Notes: generated by a model not told the origin, from the sequence alone. A stretch of DNA of 64,000 nucleotides from Chthoniobacterales bacterium (GCA_038207335.1 JBBQZX010000005.1:96001-160000), one strand, 5' to 3'. Positions 12,590 to 21,555 are shown, counted from the stretch's first letter. Translations and numbers: made by a program.

Positions 12590-13438
12590 GTGAGCGCCCC
12601 CGCGATTTCCATCCGAAACCTGACGAAGGTTTTCCCGATTCCGTTCAAGCGTGAGAGCGTGGTGGCGGTGAAGGAGCTGTCGCTCGAGGTCGAGTCGGGG
12701 CAGGTGTACGGGCTGCTCGGGCCGAATGGTTCGGGCAAAAGCACGACGATGAAAATCGTGCTCGGGCTCGTCGCGCCGAGCTCGGGAAGCACGGAGATTT
12801 TCGGGCGCGATAGTCGGCGCGTGGAGAGCCGCGAGGACGTCGGATTTCTGCCGGAGAATCCGTACTTTTATAAATATCTCACGGGCACGGAGACGCTGGA
12901 TTTTTACGGAAAGCTGTGCGGGCTCGGTGGGAAAAAGCGGCGCGAACGGACGAGAGAATTGCTCAGTCTGGTCGGGCTCGAAAACGCCGCGGACCGGCGC
13001 ATCGGCGGATATTCCAAAGGGATGCTCCAGCGCATCGGACTCGCGCAGGCGCTCGTGCAGGAGCCGCGGCTGCTTGTGCTCGATGAGCCGACGGCGGGCG
13101 TCGATCCGGCGGGTTCGCGCGAGATTCGCGATCTTATTTTGGATTTCAAAATGCGCGGGATCACCGTGCTGCTGTGCTCACATTTGCTCGGGCAGGTGCA
13201 GGAAATCTGCGACCGTGTGGGCATTCTGCATCGGGGCGTGCTGGTGCGCGAAGGCCGGCTCGAGGAACTGATATCGATCGGGAACCAGACGGAGCTGATT
13301 TTGGAAAACGCGTCGCCGGATGTGCTCGCGGAAGTCGAGCAGGTGATCGCTCGGGGACATGGGAGAGTCGTGGAAAAGCGAAAGCCGCAAACGACGCTGG
13401 AGCGGTATTTTCTCAAAGTGACGGGAGGCGAGGAATGA
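12590..13438 (+). CDS. ABC transporter ATP-binding protein (ABC-2/export type)
   Basis: Walker A GPNGSGKST, signature YSKGM, Walker B LVLDEP, SH switch. Confidence 0.93.
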   Translation: MSAPAISIRNLTKVFPIPFKRESVVAVKELSLEVESGQVYGLLGPNGSGKSTTMKIVLGLVAPSSGSTEIFGRDSRRVESREDVGFLPENPYFYKYLTGTETLDFYGKLCGLGGKKRRERTRELLSLVGLENAADRRIGGYSKGMLQRIGLAQALVQEPRLLVLDEPTAGVDPAGSREIRDLILDFKMRGITVLLCSHLLGQVQEICDRVGILHRGVLVREGRLEELISIGNQTELILENASPDVLAEVEQVIARGHGRVVEKRKPQTTLERYFLKVTGGEE

Positions 13439-13508
13439 AAGGGGATTCAGCCTTCGAGCCCGCTACAGGCGGCTTCCGCACCGAAAAAGCCGCCACACTT
13501 TCACCGCG

Positions 13509-14405
13509 ATGAACGCCCCCACAGCCCACCGCGCATTTTCCCCCGGCCGAATCTGGGCCATCGCGTCGAACACTCTCCTCGAGCTCGTCCGGCTGAAGGT
13601 CTTCTACTTCATGCTGCTCTTCGCGCTGCTCATCATCGGCAGCTCGCTGTTCATGGTGAACTTCACGTTCCAGCAGCAATTCCAAGTGCTCAAAGACGTC
13701 TCGCTCGGCGCGATGTCCATCTTCACCTGGCTCCTCGCGGTGCTTGCCACCGCGATGTTGCTGCCGAACGACATCGAGGATCGCACCCTCTACACGATCC
13801 TCGCGAAGCCCGTCCCGCGGCTCGAATACATTCTCGGCAAACTCCTCGGCGTGCTGCTGCTGCTGGCCGTCGCGATCACGCTCATGACCGCCGTTTTCTG
13901 CATCGTGCTCTACGCGCGCGAGCAGATGGTGCTCGCCGAAACCGCGCGAGTCGAAGCGCCGTCCGACGAACTCGCCGCCGCGCTCGCGAACGTCAAAGCC
14001 TCGACCTTCAACGCCAACCTCATCCCCGGCATCCTCATCATTTATCTAAAGGCTGCGGTGTGCGCCGCGCTCACGCTCCTCATCTCGACTTTCGCGTCGT
14101 CCTCCATCTTCACGATCATCGTTTCGGTCGTCGTTTATTTCATCGGCCACCTCCAGCCGATCGCCCGCGAGTATTGGCTCGCCGCGCTTCCCGGTGGCGC
14201 CGATCCGTCGCCTTTTTTGAAAGTGCTGCTCGGTCTTGTCGCGCTCGTCTTCCCCGATTTTCAGCTCTTCAATCTCGTCGATGACATCGTGGTCGGGAAT
14301 GCCGTGCCGCTCGCGATGTTCCTGAAAACGGCGGGGCTCGGGCTCGGCTACATCAGCATCTATACGCTGGTCGCGTATCTGTTTTTTGCAAACAAGGAAC
14401 TGTGA
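13509..14405 (+). CDS. ABC-2 type permease
   Basis: About six TM segments; 'DIEDRTLYTILAKPV.R..YILGK' motif; follows the ATPase. Confidence 0.88.
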   Translation: MNAPTAHRAFSPGRIWAIASNTLLELVRLKVFYFMLLFALLIIGSSLFMVNFTFQQQFQVLKDVSLGAMSIFTWLLAVLATAMLLPNDIEDRTLYTILAKPVPRLEYILGKLLGVLLLLAVAITLMTAVFCIVLYAREQMVLAETARVEAPSDELAAALANVKASTFNANLIPGILIIYLKAAVCAALTLLISTFASSSIFTIIVSVVVYFIGHLQPIAREYWLAALPGGADPSPFLKVLLGLVALVFPDFQLFNLVDDIVVGNAVPLAMFLKTAGLGLGYISIYTLVAYLFFANKEL

Positions 14406-15172
14406 TGTGGAGGACGCGCCTGATCGCCATGGCTGTGCTGGCGCTATTTGGCGCGGGGAAAATGCGCTTCGAGCAGCAACTCGCTGACGAGCACCGCGCC
14501 GCATTTTTCCACACAGCAAAGCTCGATCTCAGCCTGAGGCAGCAGCTCGGGCAGATGGGATTCCTCGCCGCGCTCAGCGGCTTTCGCGCGGTGCTCGCGG
14601 ACATTCTTTGGCTGCAGGCGCACGCGGCTTGGGAGCGCACGGAGTGGGGACGAATGAAGCTGCTTTTCGACACCGTCACCGCGCTCCAGCCGCGCGCGAT
14701 GTTCTTTTGGGACATGGCCGCGTGGCACATGGCGTGGAATGCGAGCGTCGCCGCGCGAGAGGACAAGACGCAGCCGCGCGAGGCCCTGCGGATCAAGGCG
14801 CAGCGCGAGTATTTCAAAGTCGGCGAAGATTTTCTGCTGCGCGGAATCCAGAATAATCCTGATCGTCCTCTGCTCTACGACGCGCTCGGGCGGCTCTACC
14901 GGGACAAATTTAACGACCACGCGAAGTCGGCCGAGGCTTACGAAAAGGCCGCGAGTTTTCCCGAAGCGCCGGAGTATGACAGGCGATTCGCGGCCTACGA
15001 AATGGCGCAGGTGCCGGGCCGCGAGCGCGAGGCATACAACCGGCTTACGGAGTTTTATCGCATGGGTGAAAAGGAGCGTCTCCCGACGCTGCTGCGACTT
15101 TTGCGCGAGCTGGAGGTGAAATTGAACGTGCCTCCCGCGCAGAGAATCCCCAAAGTGGAGTCCCCACATTGA
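14405..15172 (+). CDS. TPR-like accessory protein of the ABC exporter
   Basis: N-terminal hydrophobic anchor; 'LSGFRAVLADILWL', 'AWHMAWN', 'GIQNNP' and helical repeats; translationally coupled to the permease. Confidence 0.7.
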   Translation: MWRTRLIAMAVLALFGAGKMRFEQQLADEHRAAFFHTAKLDLSLRQQLGQMGFLAALSGFRAVLADILWLQAHAAWERTEWGRMKLLFDTVTALQPRAMFFWDMAAWHMAWNASVAAREDKTQPREALRIKAQREYFKVGEDFLLRGIQNNPDRPLLYDALGRLYRDKFNDHAKSAEAYEKAASFPEAPEYDRRFAAYEMAQVPGREREAYNRLTEFYRMGEKERLPTLLRLLRELEVKLNVPPAQRIPKVESPH

Positions 15173-15894
15173 TGCGTTACGCCGTATTCGCCGACATCCA
15201 TGCAAATCTCGAAGCCCTCGAGGCAGTGCTCGCCGACGCCGAATCCCACGGCGTCACGCACTACGTCTGTCTCGGCGACGTGGTCGGCTACAACGCGAAT
15301 CCGCACGAATGCGTCGAGCGCGTGCGCGCGCTGGATTGCCCGGTGGTGAAGGGAAATCACGACGAGCAGGCATCCGTCACGGACGATCTCTCGGGCTTCA
15401 ATCCGCTCGCGGAGGAGGCGATCAACTGGACGCGCAAACATCTCACCGAGGAGGACAAAACCTGGCTGCGCGAGCTGAAAATGGTCCGGCAGGTGCGCGA
15501 CTTCACGATCGTCCACGCGACGCTAGATACGCCGCACAAGTGGGGCTACGTCTTCAATCAGCTCGATGCCGCCGCGAGCTTCAACTACCAGCACACGAAT
15601 ATCTGCTTCTACGGCCACACGCACGCGCCGCGCGCCTACGTTCGCGACGGCTCGGTAAAGAGCCAGGTGCTCGACAAACTGGCGATCGAGCCGGGGAAAA
15701 AATATTTCGTGAACGTCGGTAGCGTCGGCCAGCCGCGCGACGGCGACTGGCACGCCTCGTATTGCCTCTACTACCCGGACAAGCAGCTCGTAGAGGTGCG
15801 CCGCCTCGAGTACGACATCTGGACCGCGCAGGATAAAATCGTGGATGCTGGGCTTCCGCAACGGCTTGCGGACCGGCTGGCGCTTGGGAAGTGA
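15172..15894 (+). CDS. Calcineurin-like metallophosphoesterase
   Basis: DIHAN, GDVVGY, GNHD, GHTH, NVGSVGQPRDG. Confidence 0.92.
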   Translation: MRYAVFADIHANLEALEAVLADAESHGVTHYVCLGDVVGYNANPHECVERVRALDCPVVKGNHDEQASVTDDLSGFNPLAEEAINWTRKHLTEEDKTWLRELKMVRQVRDFTIVHATLDTPHKWGYVFNQLDAAASFNYQHTNICFYGHTHAPRAYVRDGSVKSQVLDKLAIEPGKKYFVNVGSVGQPRDGDWHASYCLYYPDKQLVEVRRLEYDIWTAQDKIVDAGLPQRLADRLALGK

Positions 15895-15897
15895 GAC

Positions 15898-15986
15898 AGC
15901 TGATGGCTGATAGCTGTAGCTGATGGCTAATTGAAGTCGGCGCGCGTGCTTCCCGATCTATCAGCCGTCAGCCATCAGCCATCAGA
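15898..15986. repeat. Inverted heptamer-repeat element, (GCTGATG)n...(CATCAGC)n
   Basis: Left arm 'gctgatggctgatagctgtagctgatggct'; right arm 'ctatcagccgtcagccatcagccatcag'. Confidence 0.75.
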
Positions 15987-16923
15987 CATACTCTGCATCA
16001 AGCCGAGTTCGCTCGGGGATGTCGTCCACGCGTTGCCCGCGGTGGCGCGGCTGAAGCGACGATGGCCTGCGAGCCATTTGCGCTGGCTCATCAATCCGGA
16101 ATGGGCATCGCTGCTGGAAGGGAATCCACATGTCGATGAAGTGGTGCTTTTCCCGCGCGGAGAGTTTCGTGGGCCGCGCGGGATTTTGAAAATCGTCCCG
16201 TGGGCGAGGGCGCTTCGGGGCAGCGTGCGGTCGGAACTCGTCGTCGATTTTCAGGGGCTGTTGCGCAGCGCGCTGATCGGGCGTGTGTGCCGACGCGAAA
16301 AGCTGCTCGGGCTCTCCGACGCCCGGGAAGGCGCGCGATATTTCTACGACCAAACGGCGGACGTGCGAGGCATCGCGCACGCCGTCGATCGCTACCTCGC
16401 GCTCGCCCGCTTCGCGATTGGTGAGGCTGACGACGCGCCGCTCGAATGGCCGCTGCCACAGGGTTCGGAGCCCGCGGGCTTCGATGAAAGCAAACCGTTC
16501 GTGCTGCTCCACCCGTTTTCCCGCGGCGCGGGAAAGTCTCTCTCCTCTGCCGATGTTGATGCGTTCTGCGCCGGGCTCGCGCCGATGCGAGTCGTCGTCG
16601 CCGGTCGCGCGGGTGAAACGTTCGCGCCGCTCGCAAATGTCACGGACCTCCTCAACCGCACATCGATTTCCGAACTCATCTGGCTCATCCGTCGCGCGGA
16701 ATTCGTCGTGAGCGTGGACAGCGGCCCAATGCACATCGCGGCCGCGATAACGTCGCGCCTGCTCTCCATCCACACATGGAGCGATCCCGAGAAAGTCGGC
16801 CCGTATCGCCGCGACGCATGGATTTGGAAAGACAGCCGCGTCTTCCAGCGAAACGCACCCACTGCCTCACGCCCGCTGGCGACTCCGGCAGAACTCGCCG
16901 CATTCATCCGCACGTTGCTGTAG
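15931..16923 (+). CDS. GT9 glycosyltransferase (LPS heptosyltransferase-like)
   Basis: 'IKPSSLGDVVH', 'DFQGLLRS', 'HAVDRYL', 'VDSGPMHIAAA'. Start codon uncertain (TTG). Confidence 0.88.
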   Translation: MKSARVLPDLSAVSHQPSDILCIKPSSLGDVVHALPAVARLKRRWPASHLRWLINPEWASLLEGNPHVDEVVLFPRGEFRGPRGILKIVPWARALRGSVRSELVVDFQGLLRSALIGRVCRREKLLGLSDAREGARYFYDQTADVRGIAHAVDRYLALARFAIGEADDAPLEWPLPQGSEPAGFDESKPFVLLHPFSRGAGKSLSSADVDAFCAGLAPMRVVVAGRAGETFAPLANVTDLLNRTSISELIWLIRRAEFVVSVDSGPMHIAAAITSRLLSIHTWSDPEKVGPYRRDAWIWKDSRVFQRNAPTASRPLATPAELAAFIRTLL

Positions 16924-16967
16924 TCGGTATCGATGATCTCGCCCGCGGTATCACCGATACCGGCTAC
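16920..16967. repeat. GTAG-type REP-like palindrome
   Basis: GTAGTCGGTATCGATGAT...ATCACCGATACCGGCTAC; arms are 16/18 complementary. Confidence 0.7.
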
Positions 16968-17022
16968 AACATCGCGCTTGAAGCCACCGCGCATCCCTCG
17001 TTTAGTGCGCCTCGCAGGACTC

Positions 17023-17112
17023 GGATGGGTGACAGAGTGGTCTATTGTGCTCGCCTGGAAAGCGTGTGTGCTTTTATCGGCACCGGGGGTTCGAATCCCC
17101 CCCCATCCGCCA
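17023..17112 (+). tRNA. tRNA-Ser (anticodon GGA), CCA encoded
   Basis: Acceptor stem GGATGGG/CCCATCC, discriminator G plus CCA, anticodon loop CT-GGA-AA, long variable arm, T-loop GGTTCGAATCC. Confidence 0.96.
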
Positions 17113-17132
17113 CCGCCGGATTTCACCCCGTT

Positions 17133-17179
17133 GTCACGCGTGTGACGCGAACGTGACGCGAACGTGACGTGCGGCTGAC
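17133..17179 (+). promoter_or_regulatory. Putative Pho-box-like 11-bp-phased direct repeats
   Basis: GTGAC at 17142, 17153 and 17164, CTGAC at 17175, preceded by GTCAC at 17133. Upstream of the plcP-like gene. Confidence 0.6.
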
Positions 17180-17279
17180 GCCACTCTGTGCGCATACTCC
17201 GAAGCACCCCGTCGCGTGCGTCCGGGAAAACAGCTTCCTTTTCCTCTCCACTCGCACCGTCGCGAAACTCACACATCGC

Positions 17280-18065
17280 ATGCTCAAAAAATACCGCACT
17301 GGCTGGATTTCCGACGTGCATCTCGGCACCCGCGGCAGCAATGCCGAGGCGCTGCTCGAGTTCCTGCGCGAAAACGAATTTGAGACACTCTACGTCGTCG
17401 GTGACCTCATCGACGTCTGGTCGCTGCGGCGCGGGATTTACTGGCCGCAGTCTCACAACGACGTCGTGCAAAAACTCCTGCGCGCCGCACGCAAAGGAAC
17501 GCGCGTCATCTACATCCCGGGAAATCACGACGAGTTTGTGAGCGGATTTCTCGGCTCCTACGGCAACATCCAGGTCTGCAACCGCGCGATCCACACGACC
17601 GCGGACGGGCGCCGAATCCTCGTCATCCACGGCCATGAACTCGACACCGTCGTGCAAAACATCAAGTGGCTTGCGCACATCGGCGACGTCGGATACCAGC
17701 TCCTGCTGAAGCTCAACACGCCCATCAACACGATCCGGCGACGGCTCGGCTTCGGATACTGGTCGCTCAGTGCCTACGTGAAAAAGCGGGTCAAAAACGC
17801 TGTCAGTTTCGTCGGGAAATTCGAAGACGCGATCATCCGATTTTCGTGTGAGGATAAAGTCGATGCCGTCCTCTGCGGGCACATTCACACCGCGGCGATT
17901 CGAGAGGAGGGCGAGACGGCGTATTACAATTCCGGCGACTGGGTCGAGAGCCGCACCGCGCTCGTCGAGGACTTCGATGGGAAAATTCACCTCCTCACCC
18001 ATCCTGCGCGAAGCTTGTATTCGAGCCCCTCCGCAGTCGAAAGAGAACTCGCGGTCGCCGGCTGA
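17280..18065 (+). CDS. LpxH/PlcP-family metallophosphoesterase (probable phosphate-starvation phospholipase C)
   Basis: 'YRTGWISDVHLG', 'VGDLIDVW', 'YWPQSHNDVVQKLLR.ARKG', 'GNHDE', 'CGHIH', 'NSGDWVES'. Adjacent to the pst operon. Confidence 0.85.
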   Translation: MLKKYRTGWISDVHLGTRGSNAEALLEFLRENEFETLYVVGDLIDVWSLRRGIYWPQSHNDVVQKLLRAARKGTRVIYIPGNHDEFVSGFLGSYGNIQVCNRAIHTTADGRRILVIHGHELDTVVQNIKWLAHIGDVGYQLLLKLNTPINTIRRRLGFGYWSLSAYVKKRVKNAVSFVGKFEDAIIRFSCEDKVDAVLCGHIHTAAIREEGETAYYNSGDWVESRTALVEDFDGKIHLLTHPARSLYSSPSAVERELAVAG

Positions 18066-18073
18066 TATGGCGA

Positions 18074-18898
18074 TCAACCGTAGCGGCCTTCGATATATTC
18101 CGCGGTCTTTTCGTGCTTAGGTGAGAGGAAGAGATCTTCGGTGCGGGCGTGTTCGATGAATTCACCGAGCAGCATGAAGATGCACTCGTGCGAGGCTCGA
18201 CGCGCTTGCGCCATGTTGTGTGTGACGATCACGATCGTGAACCGCCCGGCGAGGCTCCACATGAGTTCCTCGATCGCGCGAGTGCCCTCGACATCAAGCG
18301 CGCTACATGGCTCGTCCATGAGGATGATCTCAGGCTTTAGCGGCAGCAGCCGCGCGATGCAGAGCTTCTGCTGCTGCTCGAGTTGCAGACTTGTGGCCTT
18401 GCTGTGAAGCCGGTCTTTGAGGTCGCGCCAGAGGTTCACTTCGGTCAGCGCCTTTTCCACCGCACCGTCGAGGTCGGACTTCTTTAAGCCGCCTTCGTTG
18501 TGGATGCGGAGGCCGAAGACCACGTTTTCATAAACGCTGATCGGCAGCGGATTCGGACGCTGAAAAACCATGCCGACGCTCTTTCGCAGCTCGGTGAGCG
18601 CGATGTCAGGGTCGTAGATGTTTTTGCCGTTCAGCAAGATTTCGCCCTTCGTGGTGACGTATCCGTAGCGCTCGTTCACCCGGTTGAAGCAGCGGAGCAG
18701 TGTTGTCTTTCCACATCCGCTCGGGCCGATGAGCGACGTGATTTGGCCGTGCTTGATATCGACGGTGATGCCCTTGAGCGCCTGGAATTTGGCGTACCAG
18801 AGCGACAGGTCGCGGGTTTGGATGCCGGGGGCCGGGGTCATCTCGCGGAGCATTCGGGAAGCGCCTGCGGCTGGCTGAACATCCTCTGCATCATCCAA
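18074..18898 (-). CDS. pstB: Phosphate ABC transporter ATPase, second copy (degenerate signature LQLEQ)
   Basis: GPSGCGKT, 'VGMVFQRPNP', DEPCSALD, 'VTHNMAQA', 'YIEGRYG'. Confidence 0.93.
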   Translation of the reverse strand: MDDAEDVQPAAGASRMLREMTPAPGIQTRDLSLWYAKFQALKGITVDIKHGQITSLIGPSGCGKTTLLRCFNRVNERYGYVTTKGEILLNGKNIYDPDIALTELRKSVGMVFQRPNPLPISVYENVVFGLRIHNEGGLKKSDLDGAVEKALTEVNLWRDLKDRLHSKATSLQLEQQQKLCIARLLPLKPEIILMDEPCSALDVEGTRAIEELMWSLAGRFTIVIVTHNMAQARRASHECIFMLLGEFIEHARTEDLFLSPKHEKTAEYIEGRYG

Positions 18899-19655
18899 AG
18901 ATCCCGTTCACGTATTCATAAGTCCGCCGGTCCGCGGGCTTGTCGCTGAAGATCACGTCGCTTGCGCCCATCTCGATGATCTCGCCATTCCACAAAAACA
19001 TCGTCCGCGCGGCGAGACGACGAGCCTGCTGCACGAGATTCGTCACGAGGATGATCGTCATCTCGCGCTTCAGCTCCTTCAGCACGTCCTCGATGCGCAT
19101 CGTGGTGACGGGGTCGATCGCGATGCTGAATTCGTCGAGGCACAAAATGTCGGGCGAATGCGAGAGCGCGCGGGCGATCGTAAGGCGCTGCTGCTGGCCG
19201 CCGGAGAGCTTCGTGCCGAGCGAATCGAGGCGGTCTTTCACCTCGTCCCACAGGGCGGCTTGGCGCAGGCATTTTTCCACGAGGCCGTCGAGGTCGCTGC
19301 GATTCGTGAGGCCGGCGGCGCGCGGCGCGAATGCGACGTTGTCGTAGATGCTGAGCGGCAGGCCGACGGGCAGCGGCGCGACCATGCCGATTTTGCGGCG
19401 AAGCTCGAAGACGTTGCGCATTTTCTGCACGTCCTCGCCATCGACGCGGATCGTGCCGCTCACGCGCGCCGCGGCGTTGAATTCGATAGTGCGGTTGATG
19501 CAGCGCAGCAGCGAGGTTTTGCCGGATTGCGCGGGGCCGATGATCCCGAGGATTTCATTTGGCTCGATGTGGAACCCGATGCCGTGAATGACTTCGTTCG
19601 CGCCGTAGCTGACGCGGAGATTCTCGACTTCGACTTTGTGTGCGCTGGTGTTCAT
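18891..19655 (-). CDS. pstB: Phosphate ABC transporter ATPase, first copy (atypical Walker A, Q-loop and H-loop)
   Basis: GPAQSGKT, LSGGQQQRL, DEFSIAIDP, VTNL, 'YVNGIFG'. Confidence 0.9.
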   Translation of the reverse strand: MNTSAHKVEVENLRVSYGANEVIHGIGFHIEPNEILGIIGPAQSGKTSLLRCINRTIEFNAAARVSGTIRVDGEDVQKMRNVFELRRKIGMVAPLPVGLPLSIYDNVAFAPRAAGLTNRSDLDGLVEKCLRQAALWDEVKDRLDSLGTKLSGGQQQRLTIARALSHSPDILCLDEFSIAIDPVTTMRIEDVLKELKREMTIILVTNLVQQARRLAARTMFLWNGEIIEMGASDVIFSDKPADRRTYEYVNGIFG

Positions 19656-19662
19656 CGGCAGG

Positions 19663-20562
19663 TCACCACTTTTTGCGTGAGCGGAGGTAGGCGCGGAGCG
19701 CGATGGCCGTGGCATTCACGAGCAGCACGGCGCAGAGCAGGACGGTGGCGATGGCGTAGGGCAGCGATTTCGCCGCGCCGCTCGCCTGGGTGGCGATGTA
19801 GTAGAGGTGCATCGAGAGGGCCATGCACTGGTCTTTGAATGGCGAATACAAAAACAGCCCCGTGCCCTCGACAGCTTTGTAAGTCGCGACGCCGGTGAGC
19901 ATGACCGGCGCGGTTTCACCTGCGGTGCGGCTGACTTGCAGGATAACGCCAGTGAGGATGCCGCTGATCGAATTCGGCAGAACGATCGCGCGGATCGTCT
20001 GCCAGCGGGTCGCGCCGACGTTCCAACACGCTTCGCGAAACTGCATCGGCACACTCGCGAGCGCTTCTTTCGTCGAGGCGATGATGACTGGGAGCGTCAT
20101 GATCGCGAGCGTGAGAGACGCGGCGAAGATGCTTTTTCCAAACTGCATCGCATACACGAAAGCGCCGAGACCGAAGAGCCCGTGGACGATGCTGGGTACG
20201 CCCGCGAGGTTGACGACCGCGAGATTTACGATGCGCGTAAACCAGCTTTCGCGCGCGTATTCGTTCAAATAGACAGCTGCCAAAACGCCGATGGGTGCAC
20301 TGAGGCAGAGCGAGATGACGACGATGTAAATAGTGCCGACGAGCGCCGACCAGATACCGCCGCGGACGCCGCCCGCGCGCGGATTTTCGGTCAGGAATTC
20401 CCATGACAACGACGGCATCCCTTTGCTCACGACATAGATCACAATGAGGATGAGCGGCACCACCATCGCGAGCGCCATGAGACCAAGCACGGTCTGCGCG
20501 ATGCGCTCTTGGCGCTGCTTGCGGCGGACGGCGGGCGTGGTGGTGAAGCGGGCGGCGCTCAT
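19663..20562 (-). CDS. pstA: Phosphate ABC transporter permease PstA
   Basis: 'AVYLNEY', 'LAGVPSIVHGLFG', 'GETAP'. Confidence 0.95.
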   Translation of the reverse strand: MSAARFTTTPAVRRKQRQERIAQTVLGLMALAMVVPLILIVIYVVSKGMPSLSWEFLTENPRAGGVRGGIWSALVGTIYIVVISLCLSAPIGVLAAVYLNEYARESWFTRIVNLAVVNLAGVPSIVHGLFGLGAFVYAMQFGKSIFAASLTLAIMTLPVIIASTKEALASVPMQFREACWNVGATRWQTIRAIVLPNSISGILTGVILQVSRTAGETAPVMLTGVATYKAVEGTGLFLYSPFKDQCMALSMHLYYIATQASGAAKSLPYAIATVLLCAVLLVNATAIALRAYLRSRKKW

Positions 20563-21512
20563 TTGCGGCGCACTCCTTTCACGATGAGATCGGCGGTGAG
20601 ATTGACCACGAAGGTGATCGAGAAGAGCAGGATGCCGATGAGGAAAAGCACCTGGTAGTGGTCCGAGCCTTTGCTCGTCTCGCCGAGTTCCGCGGCGATC
20701 GTGGCGGTGAGCGTGCGGACGGGATCGAAGATGCTGTGCGGGATGCGGATCGAGTGGCCGGTGGCCATGAGCACTGCCATCGTCTCGCCGATCGCGCGGC
20801 CCACGCCGAGCAGCACGGCGGCGAGCAGGCCGTTCTTTGCCGCGGGCAAAAGCACGCGATGAACGATCTGCCAGCGGGTGGCGCCGAGCGCGAGCGCCGC
20901 CTCGCGAAAACTGTCTGGCACAGCTTTCAGCGCGTCCTCGCCGATGCTCACCATGATCGGCACGGACATGAGCGCGAGCAGGATCGCGCCATTAAACATA
21001 TTCACGCCGATGGGCACATGCGCGAACTCGATGAGCAGCGGCGACATGACGCTGAGCCCGATGAAACCCCACACGACGCTCGGGATCGCAGCGAGCAGCT
21101 CGATCACGACTTTCAGCGTTTCCTTCGCGCGGCCCGTGCAAAACTCCGACACGAAAATCGCCGCGCCGAGCCCGAACGGCACAGCCATGAGCATCGCCAA
21201 CGCGGTGACGCTGAGCGTGCCGACGATGAGCGCGCCGACTCCGTATTGCGGGTTCGTCTGCGAGGTCGGGATCCACTTTATGGAAAAGAGGAACTGCCCG
21301 AAGTCTAGCTTCGAGAGGAACGGCGCGCCCTCGCGGAGGACAAAGAAGAAGATGCTGAAAACGAAGACGATCGCGCTGATGCCGCAGAGCCGGATGACCA
21401 GCTCGAGCACACGCTCGCCGACCAGCGCGAGCGTGCTGCGACCGGGCATGACAGCGCGGCGCGGCGTTGCCGGGGCGGCGTCGGAGGCTGTGCGTTCGTC
21501 GTCGGGAGCCAT
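20559..21512 (-). CDS. pstC: Phosphate ABC transporter permease PstC
   Basis: 'IELLAAIPSVVWG', 'GRAIGETMAV', 'TATIAAELGE'. Confidence 0.95.
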   Translation of the reverse strand: MAPDDERTASDAAPATPRRAVMPGRSTLALVGERVLELVIRLCGISAIVFVFSIFFFVLREGAPFLSKLDFGQFLFSIKWIPTSQTNPQYGVGALIVGTLSVTALAMLMAVPFGLGAAIFVSEFCTGRAKETLKVVIELLAAIPSVVWGFIGLSVMSPLLIEFAHVPIGVNMFNGAILLALMSVPIMVSIGEDALKAVPDSFREAALALGATRWQIVHRVLLPAAKNGLLAAVLLGVGRAIGETMAVLMATGHSIRIPHSIFDPVRTLTATIAAELGETSKGSDHYQVLFLIGILLFSITFVVNLTADLIVKGVRRK

Positions 21513-21555
21513 ACTCGCAGGCTGCTCGGAGCGCGGGCTCCGTGCGGTGGGCGCG

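Noticed and set aside
17023..17112. tRNA-Ser as an integration site for a genomic island
   Set aside because: No integrase nearby and no duplicated tRNA 3' end; a 10-bp CCATCCGCCA match near 60486 is expected by chance.
16392..18077. 561-aa minus-strand ORF spanning GT9, the tRNA and the plcP-like gene
   Set aside because: Overlaps three well-supported features on the opposite strand.
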